A DNA stretch of 64,000 nucleotides, taken from Chloroflexota bacterium. Its GTDB lineage: Bacteria > Chloroflexota > UBA11872 > VXOZ01. This document shows positions 27,175-39,707 of the stretch, piece after piece. The notes beneath the pieces were generated by a model. The model saw nothing but the letters and a program-made list of their open reading frames with translations, made no database searches and was not told the DNA's origin. Within the stretch, counting starts at the first letter, position 1. Every line of letters starts with the position of its first letter. The stretch is taken from contig JAAXIC010000006.1 in NCBI GenBank assembly GCA_012270555.1, positions 65,374 to 129,373 of the forward strand, given 5' to 3'. The translations under genes and the position numbers were made by a program.

Positions 27175-28182
27175 ATGAGAATCTTGGCACTGACACGACG
27201 AACACTACTGCGCGGGGCAGCCGCCGGCGCGTTGGCGCTCCCCATGCTGGCAGCCTGCGGCCAGGTTACCGTGACTACGGATGAAGCGGAAGCGCCTGCA
27301 GCCCCGGCGGAATCGGCAAAGCTGCGCATCGGCGATCTGCCTTTGATTGATATGCTGCCGGTCTACGTGGCGCAACAGGAAGGTCTCTTTCCCGAAAACC
27401 TGGAAGTGGAACTGGTACCGTTTTCCAGCGCCCTGGAGCGCGACACGGCCTATATCTCGAAGCAGGTTGACGGCGTACTCAACGACTTCGTCTCGGCCAC
27501 GGCCCTGAACCGCGATCAGGACTTCACCCGCAACGTGCGCGTGATTCTGCGGTCCACCCCGCAGCTCTCGCTGTTTGCGCTCATAGCCAAGAAAGACGCC
27601 GACATTGAGAAGATCGAGGACGTGAAGGGCAAGCAGATCGCGATTTCGCCGAATACCATCATCGAGTACGTGCTCGATCGCATGCTCGGCACGGTGGGCA
27701 TGGGCCACGACGACATTGAAAAACTGGCGGTGCCCAGCATCCCGCTGCGCCTGGAGATGATCAACCAGGGCAACGTGGACGCTGCGGTGCTGCCTGAGCC
27801 GCTTGTTACTCTGAGCATCACCACCGCCGGGACGCGCCTCATCCGGGATGATGCCGAGACCCAGTTCGGTGCCTCGCTCCTTTCGTTCCGCAGTGAAGTG
27901 ATTGCGGACCAGGAAGAGACCGTGCGCGGTTTCATGAATGGCTTTGAGGCCGGCGTGAACCGCATCAACAGTAACCCAGGCAACTATCAGGACCTGATGG
28001 AAGCACGCGGCCGCATTCCACCGCCGCTGTTCGGCCGGTTCTCGGTGCCCACGTTTCCTGAAGCGGCAGTGGTGCCGCAGGCGGAATTCGAGGCGGTGGG
28101 CCAGTGGGCCGTAGAACGCGGACTGCTGCAAGAGGCCATACCCTACGAAAAACTGGTGGATACACGCTTCCTGCCGGGATAG
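27175..28182 (+). CDS. ABC transporter solute-binding protein, NitT/TauT (NMT1/THI5-like) family, TAT signal
   Basis: ATG 27175 after AAAGAGGAGG; MRILALTRRTLLRGAAAGALALPMLAACG signal; the 27091 start in the ORF track is an unlikely extension. Confidence 0.7.
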   Translation: MRILALTRRTLLRGAAAGALALPMLAACGQVTVTTDEAEAPAAPAESAKLRIGDLPLIDMLPVYVAQQEGLFPENLEVELVPFSSALERDTAYISKQVDGVLNDFVSATALNRDQDFTRNVRVILRSTPQLSLFALIAKKDADIEKIEDVKGKQIAISPNTIIEYVLDRMLGTVGMGHDDIEKLAVPSIPLRLEMINQGNVDAAVLPEPLVTLSITTAGTRLIRDDAETQFGASLLSFRSEVIADQEETVRGFMNGFEAGVNRINSNPGNYQDLMEARGRIPPPLFGRFSVPTFPEAAVVPQAEFEAVGQWAVERGLLQEAIPYEKLVDTRFLPG

Positions 28183-28382
28183 ACCGCGGCAACGCATTGT
28201 CCGCTCGCCTCAGCAGACCCGAGTCAGTCAATTGCGCTGTGGCCGTTCGCGCTGAGTGGGATTCGCGAAGCCTGGGCTTTACGAAGCCCTTGTCAAGGCG
28301 CGCCGCAGTGTACAGCGAATTCTAACGGTTGAATCTTGCGTACTTTGGTGTGCCCATCATCCATCGCGAGTGGAGCAGTGTA

Positions 28383-29198
28383 ATGAGTGCGCAGCGCCAG
28401 GCCGTACACGAGGTGGAAGACTCTACCACGAATGCCACTACCGCCACGCCGCGTGCGGAGTTGCAAGACGTCACGTTCTTCTACCGTGAAGGCCAGCCGA
28501 TCTTTCGCGATTTCTCATGGCAGATCACGCCCGGTGAGGCTTGGGCGGTGATCGGTCCCTCCGGTTGCGGCAAGTCTACGCTGCTCTACCTGCTTACGGG
28601 CTTGCGCCAACCGCAAGCGGGCACGGTGCGCGTCGACGGCGGCGCGGTCGGCAAGCCGCACCCAGGCAGCATGACCGGGCTGATTCTGCAGGACTACGGC
28701 CTGCTGCCGTGGGCGACGGTGTGGGACAACGTGCGGCTCGGCCTGCAGTTGCGCGGCATATCACGCGGCGAGCAGGAAGAGCAGGTGGCGTCCTGGCTGG
28801 ATCGTCTTGACATCGCGGGGCTGCGCGATCACTATCCCGCTCAGCTCTCCGGCGGCCAACGTCAGCGTACCGCCATTGCGCGGACGCTGGTCTTCCGGCC
28901 CAACCTCCTGCTCATGGACGAGCCATTTAATTCCCTCGACGCTCTCACGCGCGAACGCCTGCAGAACGTCGTGTTGGAACTCATCCAAGAGCACGGCCTG
29001 ACCACGGTGCTCGTCACACACAACATCGAGGAAGCTGTCTTTCTCGGCCAGCGTGTGCTCGTGCTCACCCAGCCGCCGACTGCTGAAACGACAGCATTCG
29101 ACAACCGCCATGAGGACCCTCATGCTTTCCGCTCCGCGCCCGCGTTCCTGACCCAGTGCACCGCGCTCCGCGAGTTGTTGGGCCGGTCGGATGAATGA
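28383..29198 (+). CDS. ABC transporter ATP-binding protein (NitT/TauT family)
   Basis: Walker A GPSGCGKST, signature LSGGQRQR, Walker B LLLMDEPF; no permease gene adjacent. Confidence 0.75.
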   Translation: MSAQRQAVHEVEDSTTNATTATPRAELQDVTFFYREGQPIFRDFSWQITPGEAWAVIGPSGCGKSTLLYLLTGLRQPQAGTVRVDGGAVGKPHPGSMTGLILQDYGLLPWATVWDNVRLGLQLRGISRGEQEEQVASWLDRLDIAGLRDHYPAQLSGGQRQRTAIARTLVFRPNLLLMDEPFNSLDALTRERLQNVVLELIQEHGLTTVLVTHNIEEAVFLGQRVLVLTQPPTAETTAFDNRHEDPHAFRSAPAFLTQCTALRELLGRSDE

Positions 29199-29274
29199 AA
29201 CCTGTAACGAATCCCCCTCGCGAGTGCACGGGATGCTAGGCGAGGTAGAATCACCAACGTCACTGTTGCGGCAT

Positions 29275-29295
29275 GGTCGTCATTCCCGCGTGCGA
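29275..29295. repeat. Truncated family-A repeat
   Basis: GGTCGTCATTCCCGCGTGCG. Confidence 0.45.
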
Positions 29296-29364
29296 CTAGA
29301 GTGGGTGACAAGCCTCAATGCTGTCGCATTAAGATTAAGACGGTACGCTCTTTGGGCGCGCTCT

Positions 29365-29447
29365 GCTCCCTCTCCCTGGGGAGAGGGCCGGGGTGAGGGG
29401 AAATGGCAGGCGGGCGCAGAGCCTGCCCCGTACTCGATACGGGGTTG
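29365..29447. repeat. Compound repeat: family B + family-C hairpin (CCCCGTACTCGATACGGGG)
   Basis: CTCCCTCTCCCTGGGGAGAGGGCCGGGGTGAGGGG...GCCTGCCCCGTACTCGATACGGGGTTGC. Confidence 0.7.
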
Positions 29448-29509
29448 CAAACCTGCGCTACCGGGGACGTGAGGCGCGGTATTCATTGCCACTGTTTAAT
29501 GCGACAACA

Positions 29510-29528
29510 TTGGGGACAAGCCCCCGCG
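29510..29528. repeat. Family-D hairpin (GGGGACAAGCCCCCGCG)
   Basis: Second copy at 49616-49636. Confidence 0.5.
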
Positions 29529-29655
29529 TTACTACTTTCAAAGTGACGACATGTTGGAGCTTTCTCTGGATCGAACGGTAGTATTTTTGGCGTAAGAGTC
29601 GGAACGTGTACGGTAACGCGATGGGACGCAACGTCAGAACGCAAAGAAACGAACT

Positions 29656-30474
29656 ATGAGCGTCATTCCGCACTACATCATGAGCAAGGACAACCCGCAG
29701 ATCAAGCGAGTGCGGGCGTTGCTGCAGTCGTCGCGGCAGCGGCGGAAAGAGGGAGCGTTTGTGGTGGAAGGCGTGCGCTTGGTGGAGGAGGCGCTGGCTG
29801 CCGCGCGTGTGGCCACGCTCTTCATCTGTCCTGAGTTGCTCGCCTCCCACGCCCGCAGCCGCGCGTTCCACGACGGCCTGGCTGCGGATGGCGCCTATGC
29901 GCTCATCCACGTCGCGCCGGATGTCTTTGCGGCGCTGGCGGATACGGCCACGCCCCAAGGGGTGGTGGCGGTGTGTTCGCTACCGGAAGACGCGGCGCTG
30001 GCGTCCCAGGCCACACTGGCAGTGCTTCTCGACGGTGTACAGGATCCGGGGAACGCGGGCATGATCCTGCGCGCCGCCGCGGCCGCCAATGCCGACGGGG
30101 TGCTCTTTGGGCCCGGCAGCGTGGATCCGTATAATCCCAAGGTACTGCGCGGGGCCATGGGCGCTCACTTTCGCACGACGCTGCTCAGCCTGCGTGGCGA
30201 GGACGACGTGCATGCCGTTGCCGGCAGGTTTGCGCAACGTATCGTGGCGGCGGCGCGGGACGGGGAGCGGTACGATACGCTAGATTGGACCGAGCCAACC
30301 TTGCTGATCGTGGGCGCTGAGGCCCACGGTACCAGCGACTTAGGCAGAAGTCTGCAAACCGCCGCAGCCTCGATCCCGCTGGCGCGAGGTGTGGAATCCT
30401 TGAACGTGGGTATGGCCGCGGGTGTATTGCTCTTCGAGGCCGTGCGGCAGCGTCTGAACGTCTCAGAGGCGTAG
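29656..30474 (+). CDS. TrmH/SpoU-family RNA 2'-O-methyltransferase (RlmB-like)
   Basis: SPOUT motifs LDGVQDPGNAGMILRAAAAANADGVLF and LIVGAEAHGTS...IPLARGVESLNVGMAAGVLLFE. Confidence 0.75.
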   Translation: MSVIPHYIMSKDNPQIKRVRALLQSSRQRRKEGAFVVEGVRLVEEALAAARVATLFICPELLASHARSRAFHDGLAADGAYALIHVAPDVFAALADTATPQGVVAVCSLPEDAALASQATLAVLLDGVQDPGNAGMILRAAAAANADGVLFGPGSVDPYNPKVLRGAMGAHFRTTLLSLRGEDDVHAVAGRFAQRIVAAARDGERYDTLDWTEPTLLIVGAEAHGTSDLGRSLQTAAASIPLARGVESLNVGMAAGVLLFEAVRQRLNVSEA

Positions 30475-30580
30475 TATCGGCTACGTGCCGAGCGGGACTA
30501 AGGCCGCACGCACAAAACGACCCCCAATTTGGCAATTGTGCCGGCTAAACGCTCGTTGACTGCGGGAAGGGAGACTACAG

Positions 30581-30985
30581 ATGGCGCAGGACTCCGTGTT
30601 CATTGAAGGCATGCGCGTCACCGCCCACATCGGCGTGTCGTCTGAAGAGCGCGAGACGCGCCAAGTCTTGCGTTTCGATCTGGAATTGCGCTGCGACCTG
30701 CGCCGCGCGGGGCAGAGCGACGAGGTCGGCCACACGATCGATTACGGAGCCGTCTACCAGCACGTCGTTTCTGTGGTGGAGCGCACGCGCTGCAAGCTCT
30801 TGGAACAATTGGCGTCTAGAGTGGCCGATGCCCTGCTTATGGCGTTTCCCATGTGCGATGCCGTATGCATCCGCGTAGGCAAGCCGGCGCTCTTTCCTAC
30901 CACGGGCCGCTCCGGCATGCCGGGGGTGGAGCTAACTCGTGGCCGGTCCTGCCAGGGTTTGGGAGAGCCGAAAAGACTGGGGTAG
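30581..30985 (+). CDS. folB: Dihydroneopterin aldolase
   Basis: VFIEGMRVTAHIGVSSEERETRQVLRFDLEL is the FolB N-terminal signature; short C-terminal extension. Confidence 0.7.
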   Translation: MAQDSVFIEGMRVTAHIGVSSEERETRQVLRFDLELRCDLRRAGQSDEVGHTIDYGAVYQHVVSVVERTRCKLLEQLASRVADALLMAFPMCDAVCIRVGKPALFPTTGRSGMPGVELTRGRSCQGLGEPKRLG

Positions 30986-31116
30986 GAAATGGCAGGGAAT
31001 CACCGAATTGCGTGCCAATGAGGGGGTATTAGGAGGTTGAAAGCCAAGTATCTGCAAGATTTGTGCACGGGAAAAGCGCTAGTTTCCGTGCACAACCCAC
31101 TATAGTGCACGGAAAC

Positions 31117-32241
31117 CTATACACTACGGCCAATGCTTTCGGAGCAAATGCCAAGCAATTCCGGAAAAAACAGAACGGCTGGTTTCGGACCGCTGGCAGA
31201 GATAAGCTCCTGCAACACACGCAAATCCTTTAGTCTTCGAAACAGCTCTCGCGCTGACTGCATTGGAACGCCAGTGGCTCTGGCAAAGTCAGGTACCCGA
31301 AACACTGGATACTCAAAAATCCAATCTACTACCTTGTCCCTGTAACCAGAATTCGTCACTCGGGCGAAACTCTCCCTAGTCTCCCTTTGCAACGCCAGTA
31401 TACGGAGTGCCTTAGATCGGTTGTGCCGTGCCTGTAAAATCGTCATCTTTAGGAAAAACTCGCACCAGCCATCCCAGTCATTGTCCCTAGAGACCGCCCG
31501 TAGCCTCTCATAGTACTCATCTCTATAGGCTTCTATGCTTTCGCTAATGTAGAAGTTCGGGCGATTAATTAGCCTTTTTTCAAACATGCTCAGTGGGATG
31601 AGTAGTCTCCCAATTCTCCCGTTTCCGTCAAGAAAAGGATGAATCGACTCGAACTCGGCGTGCGTAATTGCCACTTGAAGCAATGGATCCAAATTGTCTT
31701 CATGCAAATAGCCTTCCCAGGCTTGCATTGCCAATTCAATTCTGTCGTTGGGGCAAGGCACGTAGACGGTAACGGACCCTTTCTTGACGACTATGTCGTC
31801 TCTCATAAGCCGATACTCACCTGGGAGTTTATCTTGCCCCCGAACGCCCTGCATGAGATCAAAGTGTGCCCGTCTGACAATGGCTTGCGTTAGACGTGCG
31901 CTATCGCTAGTCATGGAATCGGTAGCGTTTTGAAGCGCCGTGATGTAATTCAATACCTCGCGCCTGTCGGCCCTTTCTGGCGTGCTTTCGTTGTAAATGT
32001 CTCCTTGTGCCTCGAATAGCAGGACGTCTTGCAGTGTTGCCAGAGTTCCTTCAATTGCTGTGGAAGAGACTGCCTCTTGTTTTGATAGTGGCATGAAGAA
32101 CATCTCAATATTGGAGATATCGGCAATTGTAGCCTCATATGCGCCAATGTTAGCCCGGGCGCTGCCTAGTAGCCCAATTAGGCGATTCAAGTCTAATCGC
32201 TGTGGGGGGAATCTCCCTAGGTGGTAGCGGACTGGTGTCAT
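31117..32241 (-). CDS. Fic-family protein (AMPylase-type) with N-terminal inhibitory helix and C-terminal wHTH
   Basis: HPFLDGNGRIGR Fic motif; SSTAIEG matches the (S/T)xxxE(G/N) auto-inhibitory motif; lower-GC block. Confidence 0.75.
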   Translation of the reverse strand: MTPVRYHLGRFPPQRLDLNRLIGLLGSARANIGAYEATIADISNIEMFFMPLSKQEAVSSTAIEGTLATLQDVLLFEAQGDIYNESTPERADRREVLNYITALQNATDSMTSDSARLTQAIVRRAHFDLMQGVRGQDKLPGEYRLMRDDIVVKKGSVTVYVPCPNDRIELAMQAWEGYLHEDNLDPLLQVAITHAEFESIHPFLDGNGRIGRLLIPLSMFEKRLINRPNFYISESIEAYRDEYYERLRAVSRDNDWDGWCEFFLKMTILQARHNRSKALRILALQRETRESFARVTNSGYRDKVVDWIFEYPVFRVPDFARATGVPMQSARELFRRLKDLRVLQELISASGPKPAVLFFPELLGICSESIGRSV

Positions 32242-32406
32242 AGTGAGGTCTCTGATTTCGACCTAGGACTATCCAGCAGGCTATGCCAGTCTTCATTTGG
32301 CTCGGCATTGGGTAACACGTCGGCCAGTGAATCCGGCGTCACGCCCTCAATCGGCGGCAGATGCTTCACAGAGACACAGAAGTGAAAAAGGAGAAATCGA
32401 ATCTGA

Positions 32407-33099
32407 TCACTGGTCGCCCAAAATGCCATCCAGCACCGTGCGGAATTCCTCCACCGGTCTCCCGCCCACGAAGATCTCCACCACGCGGTGGTCAGCATCG
32501 AGAATGAAGGTCGTGGGGAACGATGCAATCTGGTATGCCGTTCCGATTTCGACACTTGGGTCGAAGAGCAGGGGATAGGTGACGCCAAACTCCTCTTTGA
32601 ACCATTTGAGGTCGTCCATGGTGATGCGGGGATGCTGGGCGATCCTGCTTGAACTTTGGCCGTAATCCTTGCCATACGGCGTTGCGCTGATAGAGACGAT
32701 GTGTACGCGGTCGCCGTACTCCCCGTGAATCTGGCTCAGTCGCGGCGCTTCGTCCTGGCAGTGCGGACACCACGGCGCAAAGAATGCGATGACGACCGGC
32801 TTGCCTTGCAAGGACTCGAGGCTGATCGTCTCGCCTTCAGTGTCTTCCAGCGAGAACCCGGGGACGGCGGAGCCGACTCCCAAGACCGAGGGCTGTTGGG
32901 ACTGGCCCTGATCCTCTGCCGGCGCGGCGCTGCTGCTCTCCGCCGGCGATCCCAGCGGGTTGAGGCCGGTGAGCACGGTGGGCACGACGAGCACGATGAC
33001 AAAGAGCGCTATCACCGCCGGAATTATCCACTTCCGCCACACGGGGCCCACTGATCTTCGGTTCTGTGTATTGCGTCTCTTTCTCTTTGCTCGCGCCAT
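32407..33099 (-). CDS. Thiol-disulfide oxidoreductase, TlpA/ResA-like thioredoxin fold, membrane-anchored
   Basis: Single N-terminal TM then WCPHC active site. Confidence 0.7.
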   Translation of the reverse strand: MARAKRKRRNTQNRRSVGPVWRKWIIPAVIALFVIVLVVPTVLTGLNPLGSPAESSSAAPAEDQGQSQQPSVLGVGSAVPGFSLEDTEGETISLESLQGKPVVIAFFAPWCPHCQDEAPRLSQIHGEYGDRVHIVSISATPYGKDYGQSSSRIAQHPRITMDDLKWFKEEFGVTYPLLFDPSVEIGTAYQIASFPTTFILDADHRVVEIFVGGRPVEEFRTVLDGILGDQ

Positions 33100-33433
33100 G
33101 GTGCTGCTCTCTTACCCTATGTCCTGGCAGGTTCTTCGGTGTATTATGGAAGCAGATTCGGAACCGGTATCACCGTGCCCGTTGTGGTAATCCGCTCGCG
33201 CCTGGCCAGACAGCGAGGCACAATCCAGGAGCACACATCTGCCTCCCTCAGCCCGGGCCGCCGGTCTTGGTGGCTAGCGCCACTTTCCTCGCATACTGCC
33301 GTAACCCGTCGACTCTGTCAATTGAAGCGAGCGTAGGATTGCATCCGCTTGCACGCCGCTCGGAGCAGCGAGCATTCCAATACTAAGGAATCCGACCTCC
33401 ACAGGGTCGAGGCCAGATAGTTTCCGAAAGGCT

Positions 33434-35956
<2,523 letters not shown>

Positions 35957-36197
35957 GCTCGCTCCTTGCGGTCAAAAAGGGCGCTCGCGGGTTTCACTTG
36001 CCTGCAGAAGTCTTTTTGCCGTGGCAACAATGTCGCTTGGGCAGTTAAAGGGCCTCGTTCCGGCGCAGGTTTACAACCTGCGTCCGCTTTCTAACTCTCG
36101 TGCAAGTGAAATCCTGCCTAAAGCGGACAAACTCTGCGCCGGCAAGACTGTTGTGTACGCAGTGCTTGCGTCGCCGGTAGAAGCGTCCCCAAGACCC

Positions 36198-36725
<528 letters not shown>

Positions 36726-36883
36726 GGCAAGAATCGCCTCGTTGCCTAGTGTGGGGCTGATTTCATTATACCATTACGCGTCAGTTTGTGCCTTTTTTCA
36801 CATATGCGCGTGCGCCGTGTGCATGGGGCTATACTAGGTGGCAGAGAAGATAGCTGGCAATCGGTACCGGCAGATGAAAAAGG

Positions 36884-36918
36884 CTCCTTCTCCCTGGGGA
36901 GAGGGTTGGGGTGAGGGG
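36884..36918. repeat. Family-B hairpin repeat
   Basis: CTCCTTCTCCCTGGGGAGAGGGTTGGGGTGAGGGG. Confidence 0.7.
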
Positions 36919-37108
36919 AACTCCTCGCGCCGATCTAGGCAAGTGCCTTGCGCTCATTTGAGTTATGCAAAGTCTGTTCCGTACCGAGAATTGGGGGGGA
37001 TTATAAGGTAGCGCGGAAAGTGTACACGGAGAGACAGCGGTGTGGCTTAGGCTGGTTGCCTGTGTCTGATTGTGCGAAGGCAAACCTTGTTAACTGAGGA
37101 AAAGAATC

Positions 37109-37843
37109 ATGATTATCGATGCCCACGTGCACATCAAAGGCGGCGATGCCTACCGCCGCGAATTAGACCCGGACGATACCATCCGCTACATGGATCAGGC
37201 CGGTGTGGACAAGTCGTGCGTATTCACTATCTGCCTCCCCAGCCGCGAGTCGAACAAGATGACGCGGAGGGCGATCACCGGCCGTGAGGACCGCCTGATT
37301 CCCTTCGCGCACATGGTGCCGGAGGAGCGGTCGGTGGGCATGGACGCCCTGCGCCGCGCCATCGAGGATTGGGGCTTTCGCGGCATCAAGCTGCACTTTG
37401 GCGAGGTGAAGGGGGAGATCACGGACGAGCTTTTCCTGCCTATCCTGGAGCTGGGCGCAGGCTACGACCTGCCTATCCTCCTCTGCTGCGCCCACAAACC
37501 GGAGTTTCCCGATCGCTGGGCTGACGCCGTGCCGGAAGCCAAGATCATCATTCCCCACCTGGGCTCCAGCCGCGACCAGGACATGAACTGGCGCTTCTTC
37601 GATGTAGCCAAGCGCCACGACAACATCTGGCTGGATACGTCGTTCACCAGCGGCCCGTGGATGATCCGCGAGGCCTACCACGCCCTCGGCGCAAACAAGC
37701 TCATCTGGGGCTCCGACGGCGGCGGCGACTACAATCCGCCCCTGCCCGAAATGGCGAAAGTGAAGGTCTGGGAATTCCCCGCGGCGGACTACCGGAGAAT
37801 CATGGGCGGCAACATCCTGGAACTGCTCGGAGGGAGCGTCTAG
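37109..37843 (+). CDS. Amidohydrolase-2 family metal-dependent hydrolase (TIM barrel)
   Basis: MIIDAHVHI N-terminal HxH and internal His/Asp pattern of the amidohydrolase_2 group. Confidence 0.6.
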   Translation: MIIDAHVHIKGGDAYRRELDPDDTIRYMDQAGVDKSCVFTICLPSRESNKMTRRAITGREDRLIPFAHMVPEERSVGMDALRRAIEDWGFRGIKLHFGEVKGEITDELFLPILELGAGYDLPILLCCAHKPEFPDRWADAVPEAKIIIPHLGSSRDQDMNWRFFDVAKRHDNIWLDTSFTSGPWMIREAYHALGANKLIWGSDGGGDYNPPLPEMAKVKVWEFPAADYRRIMGGNILELLGGSV

Positions 37844-38123
37844 GGCACAGCAACTGGGGCCGCGGCCGCCGCAGCGGACGTGAACAGGGGTTAACGTTGA
37901 CGGTGAATTGCGTCCACGCTCTTGACTTCCTGCGCGGGCGGGAGCATACTTCCAGCATCGACGAGCGGAGAGTTCGTTATTTCTCGAACTCGCCGCTAAG
38001 GGAAATGTCAGTTGGGGGCGCTTGCGGATTGCTGCTAGCCGGAGCTTCGCAGAAAGCTGCCATTTAGCAGTGATACGTAGCGTGCTCCCGGTGAAGTACT
38101 GTACACACCGAGGAGGTAGCGCC

Positions 38124-39428
38124 ATGGCGCGCATGAGTAGACGACAGATGCTAGCGGGAGTGGGTCTAGGGGTTGGAGCGAGCGTGCTCGCCGCCTGTGG
38201 ACAGGTACAGACGATGCCGGCGCCGGAGGCGGCAGAGGGTGACGCGGCCGCAGCGCCAGAGGAACCGGCAGGCCTCTCCGGGGTCTTGCACGTGTGGGGC
38301 TATCGTTCCCAATACCTGCCCGGCGTGGTGCTGGACGCCTTTCAGGAAATGCATCCGGGCGTCGTGGTCGTGCAATCCCAACCGGCCGGCAATTTCCGTG
38401 GCGACAAATTCCCGGCTTCGGTGGCGGCCGGCGCGCCACCGGCGCTTATGCAGGGCTTTCTCGACTTTGTCGCCATGTACGTTGACCGGGGTTTCCTGGC
38501 AGACCTGGGACCCGCGGCCAAGGCGGGTGACTTTGGCGACTTGGGCGCGTATCTCCCCGGTATCGTAGAGACCGGCACCTTCAACGGCGTATTGCATTTT
38601 CTCCCGCACCGGCAAAGCGTGAACATTCCCCTCTACAACAAGGATATCTTCGAGAACGCGGGCATTAACGAACCGCCCACCCAGTGGGATGACGTGGCGG
38701 AGATCGCGCGGCAATTGACCCAGAAGAAGTCGGATGGTTCCGACCAGTTCGGCCTGACGGTTACCACCAGCAAGAACACGCTAAACTCGTGGTTCAACCC
38801 GGTGCTCTGGCAGGCCGGGGGCGAGTTCTTCGCGGAGGACGGCCGGTCGGTGACATTCGATGAAGACCCCGGACTGGCGGCGCTGGAGTTCCTGACCGAT
38901 CTCTTCAATAAGAAGATCGCAGCCGAGGGTACCACGCCGTACTTTGAGGGCTACGGCGCCATGATCAATGCCCGTACGCCCACGCACGTGAAGAGTCCAT
39001 TCGACCGGGGCACAATCCCCTGGCTCGCCGCCAGCCCTGCCTGGGAGAAGGAAAAGCAGCTTGGCTTTGGCTCGCTCTCCGGCTGGGTAGTGCCGAATAG
39101 CCCGCAGTCCGATGCGGCGATACAACTGCTGGCGCATACCCTGCAGCCTGACAACGTGAAAGCGTTCCTCAAGCTCGTGTTCCTGCTGCCGGTGCGCGGC
39201 GACATAGAGGTGGACTACGTCGGCGAGGAGTACAACGGCTGGATGCCGACGTTCATCGAGCAGAGCCAGAACATGCACTACGACATTCCGCACCCGCACA
39301 TCCGAGCCATCATGCCGTTGGTTTCGGCCGAGATGTACAAGGCCATCGGCGGCGAGGTCACGCCGCAGGAAGCCATCCGGACCGCGGGCGATATCGCGAA
39401 CCAGTTCTTGGCGGATAACATGGGCTAG
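38124..39428 (+). CDS. ABC transporter solute-binding protein, family 1, TAT/lipoprotein signal
   Basis: Start MARMSRRQMLAGVGLGVGASVLAACGQ; the 38022 start is an improbable extension. Confidence 0.7.
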   Translation: MARMSRRQMLAGVGLGVGASVLAACGQVQTMPAPEAAEGDAAAAPEEPAGLSGVLHVWGYRSQYLPGVVLDAFQEMHPGVVVVQSQPAGNFRGDKFPASVAAGAPPALMQGFLDFVAMYVDRGFLADLGPAAKAGDFGDLGAYLPGIVETGTFNGVLHFLPHRQSVNIPLYNKDIFENAGINEPPTQWDDVAEIARQLTQKKSDGSDQFGLTVTTSKNTLNSWFNPVLWQAGGEFFAEDGRSVTFDEDPGLAALEFLTDLFNKKIAAEGTTPYFEGYGAMINARTPTHVKSPFDRGTIPWLAASPAWEKEKQLGFGSLSGWVVPNSPQSDAAIQLLAHTLQPDNVKAFLKLVFLLPVRGDIEVDYVGEEYNGWMPTFIEQSQNMHYDIPHPHIRAIMPLVSAEMYKAIGGEVTPQEAIRTAGDIANQFLADNMG

Positions 39429-39475
39429 CGGCTGTTTCTCGCATTCGCGAAACTGAGTGTGAACGAGAACCTTCA

Positions 39476-39520
39476 AGCTGGGGCCCGCAATGGATCCATT
39501 TGCGGGCCCCAGTTCTCATT
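39476..39520 (+). terminator. Intrinsic terminator (CTGGGGCCCGCAA-TGGATCCAT-TTGCGGGCCCCAG + TTCTCATT)
   Basis: 13-bp perfect stem 48 nt after the binding-protein stop. Confidence 0.65.
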
Positions 39521-39707
39521 CGCGCGGAAGCATGCCGTCGGGTATGGCGGCTTGTCATTTGGCTCGTTCATTTCGAGGTCATTCGAAATAGATTCGTCCA
39601 AGTAAGTCTACGTGTGGTTTGCGAATTCGATTTAGGCTGAACGGTAGTCCGAATACGGCCGTGTACAGCCTCAATACACGGCATTGAAATGCGGATTCAA
39701 AGAGGAG

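Noticed and set aside
27205-28197. 330-aa - strand ORF
   Set aside because: Antisense to the NitT/TauT binding-protein gene.
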